A DNA stretch of 64,000 nt from a bacterium (GTDB taxonomy: Bacteria > Zhuqueibacterota > Zhuqueibacteria > Residuimicrobiales > Krinioviventaceae). The DNA is taken from positions 5,248,001 through 5,312,000 of the forward strand of contig OY843751.1 of the NCBI GenBank assembly GCA_963693055.1, given 5' to 3'. Below, in pieces: positions 56,201-64,000 of the stretch. Numbering within the stretch: position 1 is the first letter of the stretch; the number at the start of each line of letters is the position of its first letter. Both the position numbers and the translations under genes were made by a program. The notes under the pieces are model-generated. The model was not told the origin of the DNA. It was given only the letters and a program-made list of their open reading frames with translations, and ran no database searches.

Positions 56201-58153
56201 TTATCTACGTGACTCGTACTCTTTGACCAGAGTTTTCAACAATTTTTCCTTATCCCGAATGGCCTTGTCTACTTGAGGCTTGAGCTTATCATACTCTACA
56301 ACCTGAATCGGTGGATACAACGCATAGTACCAATACGTATCTCCAAAAGAATTTTTAAGCATTTGTTCGGCATCTAATTGCTTAACTCCAAATATAGCGA
56401 TCCGCTTTCTGAATGTAGCATAACGCGCATCCATCCGCATATTGATCTGAAACTTTTCATACTGTTCAGCTGTAAAAGGGTTCTGTTCGTTGATTAGAAT
56501 CAATGCTTCCTGAATATGCCGGGGATATCTGAACCTTACCCTCGTTTTTAAAAGTGGTAAATATTCTAAAAACTTTTCAAAATTCCATGAACTTAAATAA
56601 TGCGCCAACAAATATTCCAACGCCATCTTTTGATCTGCATCCTGAGCCAGAATATACTCAAGATTCGCTTGTGGATCTAAATCAAACTCTGGCAGCTCCG
56701 TATCCATAGGTATATATTGCACACCACTCAAAACAGGATCAATATTTCGCAATGAATCACTTGTGGCAATATGAGCATATCGTCTGGCCCATCCATTCAA
56801 GATAATACTTTTCTTACAGGTTTGTAACACTTTATCAGTCTGCACGGAATCATTCAATGCAATATTTATGAGCGCTATTCTTTTCAAGATCCAGGGTGTG
56901 TTTCCATTTCTAACAAGTGCTTTTTTACAAAGGTCTAATGCTTCGTCAAGCATGCCCAGCTCAAAATAATAATCGCTTTTGTTCAAAATATCAACTTCAG
57001 ATGATGCCCCAACCATAAACAGACCGGCATTACCTCGTACCTGCGGATACGCAAGCATATCATGCAGCAGTTCGCCCGTATGATATAAAGCCCTGTTGGT
57101 TGCAAACACATGGATTAAGCTGGTATAACGCATTTCATACTGAAGTTCTAAAAGCTCTTTCCACATTCCATGCTCGGTATAATATTCAAAGGACAAATCT
57201 TTTTTCTCTTGTCCCGGCATTGCAAAAACCCAATATCCCAAAACACCCAGAATTAATAACGCATTTACTGTTATAGACAGCCATTGAATAGGAATATGTA
57301 TAATCTTTTCAGTTTCATCTTTTTCATATCGTTTAAAGATGCCAATATAGACTACCAACAGCAGATAATAAACATACAACACAATGGGAGTTACACCCTT
57401 TTTAACAGGATCATGAACAAACACATTTTTTAAAAAAGCTGTGTAAAAATCAAAATCCAGAATAAAAACGGCCGTTAATAAAGGAATCAACAAAAGAGCA
57501 ATAGGTACAACTATGCGTATTCTCAATTCCTTACTGATTAAAGCATGGAATAAAATGATACCAATAATATATAACAGCAAAAATCCACCGGCAAGATAGT
57601 AAAGCAAAATCCCCATCAAAATACTGGTAACATATTGAAGCCTGCTTTTCTGAACCAGGCCTTTTAATCCGAAATAAAATGCTGCCAGAGATAAAATGAG
57701 TCCCAAAACCAAAGAAAGCGGGAAATGATACCTGCCTAAAAATGCAAGCATGAGAAAACCTGGAATGATCTTGAGTATAAATTCAGGCTTTTGGGGTGTA
57801 AGGAATTTCAAAAACAAATAATTAAACAATACAATACCCCAGGAAATGAATGCCAGCAAAACAGCACCCGCCACCGGGAAATAATAAAACTGACTCAATA
57901 ACAGAGCAAAATACTCTACCAGGCCACCCGGATAAGCCGCGTATACTAAAAACAAACCGCTATTAAAAAAGAAAACCGGTTTTTGTGCCTGAAATATCAA
58001 TGGCGTTTTCACTATATAATAAAAATAGAGAAAAGCAATTGACATAAATCCGACAAAAAAAGTGGTATAAATCGTATCAGCATTTTTGATTTTAATCAAT
58101 AATGCTTTAATTAATCCGAGTATTTTTTTTAATATTGAAACTAATTTTGACAT
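56201..58153 (-). CDS. Polytopic membrane protein with TPR-like C-terminal region (DUF6057-like)
   Basis: YPGG..EY....L.QFYY, about 8 TMs, MALEYLLA, P.HIQEAL, TYWYY. Confidence 0.7.
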   Translation of the reverse strand: MSKLVSILKKILGLIKALLIKIKNADTIYTTFFVGFMSIAFLYFYYIVKTPLIFQAQKPVFFFNSGLFLVYAAYPGGLVEYFALLLSQFYYFPVAGAVLLAFISWGIVLFNYLFLKFLTPQKPEFILKIIPGFLMLAFLGRYHFPLSLVLGLILSLAAFYFGLKGLVQKSRLQYVTSILMGILLYYLAGGFLLLYIIGIILFHALISKELRIRIVVPIALLLIPLLTAVFILDFDFYTAFLKNVFVHDPVKKGVTPIVLYVYYLLLVVYIGIFKRYEKDETEKIIHIPIQWLSITVNALLILGVLGYWVFAMPGQEKKDLSFEYYTEHGMWKELLELQYEMRYTSLIHVFATNRALYHTGELLHDMLAYPQVRGNAGLFMVGASSEVDILNKSDYYFELGMLDEALDLCKKALVRNGNTPWILKRIALINIALNDSVQTDKVLQTCKKSIILNGWARRYAHIATSDSLRNIDPVLSGVQYIPMDTELPEFDLDPQANLEYILAQDADQKMALEYLLAHYLSSWNFEKFLEYLPLLKTRVRFRYPRHIQEALILINEQNPFTAEQYEKFQINMRMDARYATFRKRIAIFGVKQLDAEQMLKNSFGDTYWYYALYPPIQVVEYDKLKPQVDKAIRDKEKLLKTLVKEYESRR

Positions 58154-58224
58154 TTTTGAAAAACTCTATTATTTAACCACATGCAATGTAGCAAATATCA
58201 GGCAAAACTTTTCTCGAAATACAA

Positions 58225-60384
58225 TTGGAATGTATTGCCCTTGTATTGCTGTTGTACCATGAAAAAGGAACAACTCTGACAGAACCTCAATTCACAAATG
58301 CACTGATTCACGAAAAAAGCCCATACCTACTGCAACACGCCCATAATCCGGTGAATTGGCTTCCCTGGGGAGAGACTGCATTTAATAAAGCCAAACAGCA
58401 AAACAAACCGGTCTTTCTTTCCATAGGTTATTCGACCTGTCACTGGTGCCATGTCATGGAGCATGAATCCTTTCTAGATACCAAAGTAGCAGATCTATTA
58501 AACACCTATTTTATTCCAATCAAAGTTGACAGAGAAGAACGTCCGGATGTGGATGATGTTTATATGACAGTCTGCCAAATGATTACCGGCAGCGGCGGTT
58601 GGCCGTTATCCATTTTCCTGACGCCCGATAAAAAACCCTTTTTTGCTGCAACTTATATTCCCAAGATATCCCGGTTCGGACGCAAAGGCATGCTGGATTT
58701 GCTTCCCGAAGTGGCCCTGTTGTGGAAAGACAAAAACGATTCAGTATTGCAATCCGCCAAAAACATCACCGCAGAATTGAGCAAGCTGGAAATCATAAAA
58801 AACGATCTGGTATTACCATTTCCGGGTAATCCTGACATTGCATTCCAGGCATTTTCAGAACGGTTTGATCGGGAACGCGGTGGTTTTGGTAATGCACCCA
58901 AATTTCCATCTCCCCACAATCTTCTGTTTCTTTTACGGTATGTGTACTATCATGAAAATCCGGGTGCGTTAAATATGGTAACCAAAACATTGACAGAAAT
59001 GGGCAAGGGTGGTATTTATGACCATATAGGATACGGCTTTCATAGCTATTCAACAGACCGTGACTGGCGTGTGCCCCACTTTGAAAAAATGTTATATGAT
59101 CAGGCTATGCTGATTATGGCCTATAGCGAGACCTACCAGGCAACCCGCAATCTGGAATTCAAAACCAAAGCCGAACAGGTTTGTGAATATGTTTTGCGTG
59201 ATATGACCGCTCCGGAAGGTGGATTTTACTCTGCGGAAGACGCGGACAGTGACGGTGTTGAAGGCAAATTTTATATCTGGAGTTTTAAAGAACTATTACA
59301 GAATTTGACCCCAAAAGATCTAAACATTGCCGTTAAATTTTTCAATATAGATCAAAAAGGCAATTATCACGACGAAGCAACACGCGAACTCACCGGTAAT
59401 AATATCTTTTATCAGAAAAAAAGTCTTTCAAAAACAGCGCAAGAGTTGAGCTTGTCTGAAAAAGAATTGAATGAACGGTTGAAAATCATTCGGGAAACTT
59501 TGTTTAAAATTCGCCAGAATCGTGTACATCCGCTCAAAGATGATAAAATATTGACCGACTGGAATGGAATGATGATTGCGGCCCTGGCAAAAGCCGGGAT
59601 CATATTCGGAAACAAGGAGTATATTTATGCCGCAGAAAAAGCGGCTGCCTTTATTTTTAAAAATCTTGAACAATCAAATGGCAGGTTACTTCATCGCTAC
59701 CGACTGGGCGATGCGGCTATCCCTGCTTTTTTAGATGACTATGCCTTTATAATTTGGGGTATGATAGAACTCTATTCAGCAACATTCAACCCAGACTATC
59801 TCATAAAAGCGAAAAAACTGCTAAACAGCACACTCGATTTGTTTTGGGACGATAAGCAGCATGGTTTCAACAATTCAGCAAACGATAATGAAAAACTGTT
59901 ATTGTCCGGTAGAGATGTTTATGACGGAGCTACCCCCTCTGGTAATTCGGTCATGTTTATGAATCTGCTAACATTGTCAAAACTCACCGGAGATACAAAA
60001 CTGGAAGAACTTGCAGATCAGCAGGAAATGGCCTTTGCCGCACAGGTAAACCGTCATCCCTCTGCACATGGATGGTTTGTTTCAGCCTCGGAATATGCAA
60101 CAACATCATCAATCGAGATCATTGTTTGCGGAGATCCGGATGCTCAAGACACCCGTAATATGCTTAACACTATTCAAAAATATTATCTCCCCAACAAGGT
60201 AGTAATTGTAATTCCATCCTCATCCAAAGACAAGCAGTTGATCTCGTTTTTACCCTGGTTAAAAGATTATAAAATGATCGAAAATAAAGCAACAGTTTAT
60301 GTTTGCCGTAATCGCGAATGTCAACTACCGGTTAATGAAACAGAATCCCTGCGGAAACAACTGGAAGCGTTTCGAGCACTATAA
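58225..60384 (+). CDS. Thioredoxin-domain protein (YyaL/SSP411 family)
   Basis: [41 protein letters not shown]. The real start may be CTG 58276 after AAGGA. Confidence 0.93.
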   Translation: MECIALVLLLYHEKGTTLTEPQFTNALIHEKSPYLLQHAHNPVNWLPWGETAFNKAKQQNKPVFLSIGYSTCHWCHVMEHESFLDTKVADLLNTYFIPIKVDREERPDVDDVYMTVCQMITGSGGWPLSIFLTPDKKPFFAATYIPKISRFGRKGMLDLLPEVALLWKDKNDSVLQSAKNITAELSKLEIIKNDLVLPFPGNPDIAFQAFSERFDRERGGFGNAPKFPSPHNLLFLLRYVYYHENPGALNMVTKTLTEMGKGGIYDHIGYGFHSYSTDRDWRVPHFEKMLYDQAMLIMAYSETYQATRNLEFKTKAEQVCEYVLRDMTAPEGGFYSAEDADSDGVEGKFYIWSFKELLQNLTPKDLNIAVKFFNIDQKGNYHDEATRELTGNNIFYQKKSLSKTAQELSLSEKELNERLKIIRETLFKIRQNRVHPLKDDKILTDWNGMMIAALAKAGIIFGNKEYIYAAEKAAAFIFKNLEQSNGRLLHRYRLGDAAIPAFLDDYAFIIWGMIELYSATFNPDYLIKAKKLLNSTLDLFWDDKQHGFNNSANDNEKLLLSGRDVYDGATPSGNSVMFMNLLTLSKLTGDTKLEELADQQEMAFAAQVNRHPSAHGWFVSASEYATTSSIEIIVCGDPDAQDTRNMLNTIQKYYLPNKVVIVIPSSSKDKQLISFLPWLKDYKMIENKATVYVCRNRECQLPVNETESLRKQLEAFRAL

Positions 60385-61533
60385 TGCTTTCCTGAGAATA
60401 TTCGTCAAAATTTCATCCGGCAGCACAACAGGATTTCCTTTCATGCTACTGGCATTACTTGCTTTTTCAACAACAAGGGGAATATTCTGTTCTGTCATAC
60501 CAAAATCTGACAAAGGCGCAACGTTTAATTCATCACATACCTGCTGCACCCATTCAACCGCCTGTTTTGCAGTTGCGTTGGCATTACCTGTTAACACCTT
60601 GGCCACCGTATCAAACCGTTCAAGATATGGAGAATCAGGATATTGCCTGCTGATGTAACTAACATTGGCCTCGGTAACAAAGGGTAGCAATCTTGCACAG
60701 ACTACTCCATGAGGAGCGGGAAAAAGCCCGCCCAAAGGTCCTGCAAATCCATGTACGGCGCCAAGTTTGGCATTTGCCAACGCAAATCCGCTAAACAACC
60801 CCGCAATACTCATATCCTCACGTGCGTTTGCATCATTACCATCTCTAAACGCAGCTACCAATGACCGAGATGCCCGTTTTAATCCCTCCAGACAAATACC
60901 ATCCGTCAAAGGATTGGCCTTGTTCGAAACATAGGCTTCCATCAATTGCGTCAAAGCATCCAGCCCTGTACTTGCGGTTACATCCGGCGGCATACTAAAA
61001 GTGAGTTCCGGATCCACCAAGGCCACATCGGGAAGCATATAAGGACTGCGCATACTGACTTTGACCCGATGTTCCTTTGAGCCCAATACCGCGTTTCGCG
61101 TTACTTCGGCTCCGGTACCTGCAGTTGTTGGAATGGCGATATACGGTGCAGTGGGATTACTGAGCTTTTGTCCCTTGCCAATGACCTCCAGATAATCATA
61201 AATATCGCCTTTATTGGTAAGTAGAGCAGAAACGGCTTTGCCGGTATCCACAACACTGCCACCGCCAATACCAATAACCAGTTCACATTTTTCATTTCGG
61301 GCAAGTTCTGCGGCTTGCAGGGCAATATCTGTCGTGGGCTCCTGGTCCACTTTATATTGCGATACAATGAAACCATTGTCTTTTAAATCCTGAACTGTCA
61401 ATTCATAAAGCGGATTATTCTCCCCGGTAATAACCAGTACCTGCTTACCATAATCGGCTGCTATTTCCTTTAATTCCTGAATTCGGCCATTACCAAAAAC
61501 AATACGTCCAGCGGTTGCAAATTCAAAATCCAT
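60379..61533 (-). CDS. Iron-containing alcohol dehydrogenase
   Basis: [33 protein letters not shown]. Confidence 0.92.
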   Translation of the reverse strand: MDFEFATAGRIVFGNGRIQELKEIAADYGKQVLVITGENNPLYELTVQDLKDNGFIVSQYKVDQEPTTDIALQAAELARNEKCELVIGIGGGSVVDTGKAVSALLTNKGDIYDYLEVIGKGQKLSNPTAPYIAIPTTAGTGAEVTRNAVLGSKEHRVKVSMRSPYMLPDVALVDPELTFSMPPDVTASTGLDALTQLMEAYVSNKANPLTDGICLEGLKRASRSLVAAFRDGNDANAREDMSIAGLFSGFALANAKLGAVHGFAGPLGGLFPAPHGVVCARLLPFVTEANVSYISRQYPDSPYLERFDTVAKVLTGNANATAKQAVEWVQQVCDELNVAPLSDFGMTEQNIPLVVEKASNASSMKGNPVVLPDEILTNILRKAL

Positions 61534-61547
61534 TTATAAATCCTCTG

Positions 61548-61856
61548 TTAGCCCCAACCCTGTTCATCAGGATAAAGATTGTTGTATTTAATCCCCTGCC
61601 GGGGTTCTGCCATCATATCCGCAACCGTGTCCCGCCATGTTTGATAATGCGCGGTCTCTTTATGTTTTGCAGGATCATCAGCTGTGCGATAGACTTCAAC
61701 AAACACAAAACGGGTAGGATCATCCTGCTGCTGGACCACATCAAAACGTGCTACTCCCGCTTCCTGTACACTGTTTCTCGCATTTTCCAGCGATGCCGCT
61801 ATAAAATTGTCAACCTGATCGGGCTTTACATGAACCAAAACATGTACTATAAACAT
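61548..61856 (-). CDS. Antibiotic biosynthesis monooxygenase / LsrG-like protein
   Basis: E.G..RFDV....D...F...EVY......H..T.HY..W. Confidence 0.85.
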   Translation of the reverse strand: MFIVHVLVHVKPDQVDNFIAASLENARNSVQEAGVARFDVVQQQDDPTRFVFVEVYRTADDPAKHKETAHYQTWRDTVADMMAEPRQGIKYNNLYPDEQGWG

Positions 61857-61878
61857 TATTCAACTCCTTGCATTGATA

Positions 61879-62811
61879 TTATTTCTGCCTTTTAAAAACA
61901 TACAATGGCGCCGGCCTGTCTTCTGACGAAACATATATGTCTGTACTCTTGAATTTAAAACAAACTGACTCTGCCTGCTCAAGCCTGGGAATCACTATAT
62001 GCTGAGGCAATGCTTTAAATGTCGTAGGCCAATCCGTATCAAACGCATAGAGATACGCGTTCTGGTACGTCAGCACTACTATCCATTTTCCGTCACTTGA
62101 AATATCCATAGCTGTAGGCTGTGAGCCAAAAGGCCCAAACCGCGAATCAAGCTTGATCTCATCAAATGTCAGCAGTGGCACAGTTGGGACCTCAGTGACC
62201 CGTTTTGCCTGCTGCTCCAAATACCGTGATTTCACATCCAGATTCAACTCGTATAAAACCGGTGGGACTGTACGCTTGCTCAACAGCAAAATCTTTTTAT
62301 TTTTCACATCCACAGCAACCGATTCACAATCCCGTGGACCATCAACATATTTATACTTGATCTCGGTATAAATTGGTATAAAATAACGGTGCTTACTATT
62401 CAGATCCGGTTCTTTAACGATGTATATCTTGCGGCTTTTTCGCTTGGCGTTGTTATCACCAATATCTCCTATCAATAAATAGGCAGTACCATCTAACTCA
62501 AAAGAAGCCAAATCTTCCCAGTCTTTATTTTTTACCCCATCAACAGTAAATCGACCCAAATCCTTTCCGGTTGAATCTGCAGCATACAGGTACGTCTTGT
62601 CTCCGCTGTCATTGAGAAACCACAAAACACCAGGATTCGCAATCGATGAAGCCATGCCACTGACTTCATCAAGATTCTTGTTTTGTAAATCACCGCATAG
62701 TTTGGTTATAGTATATGGCGATGGAGATAACTGCTCAAGCCGCACCGGTTCCTGAGCCAATAAAACACCTGCACACATAATTATTAAAAGAACAATAATA
62801 TTTCTTTTCAT
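61879..62811 (-). CDS. Secreted hypothetical beta-propeller protein
   Basis: Signal peptide; E.SG, NDSG, DWED, GDIGDN, DCES, QAES motifs; ATG 62811. Confidence 0.7.
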   Translation of the reverse strand: MKRNIIVLLIIMCAGVLLAQEPVRLEQLSPSPYTITKLCGDLQNKNLDEVSGMASSIANPGVLWFLNDSGDKTYLYAADSTGKDLGRFTVDGVKNKDWEDLASFELDGTAYLLIGDIGDNNAKRKSRKIYIVKEPDLNSKHRYFIPIYTEIKYKYVDGPRDCESVAVDVKNKKILLLSKRTVPPVLYELNLDVKSRYLEQQAKRVTEVPTVPLLTFDEIKLDSRFGPFGSQPTAMDISSDGKWIVVLTYQNAYLYAFDTDWPTTFKALPQHIVIPRLEQAESVCFKFKSTDIYVSSEDRPAPLYVFKRQK

Positions 62812-62821
62812 ATATTTCCTG

Positions 62822-63976
62822 TCATGAGGTAACCGAACGTACAGCATTGAACAATCGTTCCAAAGCCTTGTTCAATACCGGACGCGGACAGCCAAAATTA
62901 AAACGTACAAATCCATCAAAATCAAAATCCGCACCGTCTGAAAATCCCAAACCGTGCTGTTCAAAAAACTTTATGGGATTTTCCAACCCCAACTCTCTTA
63001 CATCAATCCACGCTAAATATGTTGCTTCCACATGTGTCATATTTATGCAATGACAGTCTGCAACTGTTTTCTCCAGTAGATCCCTGTTTTCCTGCAAATA
63101 CTTTAATACAGCGGTTAACCATTCCTGCCCGTCTTTAAATGCCGCCAATGCTGCTGTATACCCCATAATATTTATATGCGGTACAATGCCTGCCATCTCT
63201 TTTTTATAGCGTTCCCGTAAATCCGGATCAGAAATAATTCCAAACCCGCAACCCAGACCTGCAATATTATAAGTCTTGCTGGGAGACATGAGTGTTATGG
63301 TCCGCTTGGCAATTTCAGGGTCAAGTGACGCGGTGGGTATATGCTTAACATCCTCATCAAGCAACAAATCACAATGGATCTCGTCCGAGCAAATGATTAA
63401 ATCATTTTTCTCACAAAACTCGGTCAGTTCCAACAGTTCATCCCGGGTATAGGCTCTGCCAGTGGGATTATGAGGATTACAAAAGAGCAGCAATCCGGTC
63501 TTGTCTGTCAATGCATCCTGCATTTTTTCCAGATCCATTACCCATTTACCGCTTGATTTATCGAGCGGCACCTTTATTAGATTTCGGCGCGAGTTCCCCG
63601 GTGCATCCAAAAACGGAGGATATACAGGTGTTACGGACATGACATCATCGCCATCATTACCCACAGCTCGGCACGCCAGATTAAAGCCGCATACAAGGCA
63701 GGGGATCCAAACAATCCAGTCAGATTCTATCTTCCAGCTATAGAGCCGGTCCATGCGTTCTATAATCACATCAACCAGTTCTTCCGGAGCTAATGTATAT
63801 CCGAAAACACCATGATGTGTGCGCTTGTAAAGCGCCTGCATAACAGCGGGAGGAGACTCAAAATCCAGATCAGCAACCCAAAGTGGTAAAATATCTCGGT
63901 TTTTGTATTTAACCCATTTCAGGCTCGAGGTGGGGGTACGATCAATAATTCTGTCAAAATCTGCAAAATACGTCAT
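62822..63976 (-). CDS. patB: PatB/MalY-family PLP-dependent C-S lyase (cystathionine beta-lyase)
   Basis: PLWVADLDF, G.FGY, CNPHNPTG, SDEIH.D, SPSKTYN.AG, TYLAWID, RFNFGC. Confidence 0.9.
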   Translation of the reverse strand: MTYFADFDRIIDRTPTSSLKWVKYKNRDILPLWVADLDFESPPAVMQALYKRTHHGVFGYTLAPEELVDVIIERMDRLYSWKIESDWIVWIPCLVCGFNLACRAVGNDGDDVMSVTPVYPPFLDAPGNSRRNLIKVPLDKSSGKWVMDLEKMQDALTDKTGLLLFCNPHNPTGRAYTRDELLELTEFCEKNDLIICSDEIHCDLLLDEDVKHIPTASLDPEIAKRTITLMSPSKTYNIAGLGCGFGIISDPDLRERYKKEMAGIVPHINIMGYTAALAAFKDGQEWLTAVLKYLQENRDLLEKTVADCHCINMTHVEATYLAWIDVRELGLENPIKFFEQHGLGFSDGADFDFDGFVRFNFGCPRPVLNKALERLFNAVRSVTS

Positions 63977-64000
63977 TTGAACTTTCCTCCTACTAGACTC

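Overview
Chromosomal window from a Gram-negative bacterium, probably FCB superphylum and KSB1/Calditrichota-like. This is an inference from the PorV-like barrel, FlgD/T9SS-like C-terminal domain, GWxTD protein and E. coli-type TTGACA-17-TATAAT-like promoters. About 46 CDS are present: the end of a pentose-phosphate operon (opcA, pgl) with cysE, a DUF4432 epimerase and an ABC-2 exporter; a cell-surface locus (Tat lipoprotein, 2188-aa repeat-stalked metallophosphoesterase, PorV-like barrel, second barrel); a peptidase/propeller/Omp85 fusion; many sulfur amino-acid genes (YitJ-like MetH/MetF fusion, Rrf2-metY-cysK-metX-metW, PatB/MalY); glycoside hydrolases (GH2, GH78); two ECF sigma factors; superoxide reductase; and sbcD. 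No rRNA, tRNA, CRISPR array or transposase was recognised. The most notable non-routine signals are: (1) a candidate sigma54-dependent, terminator-bounded structured small RNA at about 51245-51418; (2) three convergent intergenic regions built from shared small palindrome/repeat families, with heptamer runs directly after stop codons; (3) an AT-rich gene for a Cys/His-motif protein bracketed by two copies of a 31-bp palindrome; (4) a sigma54-driven cargo plus dedicated-barrel secretion operon.
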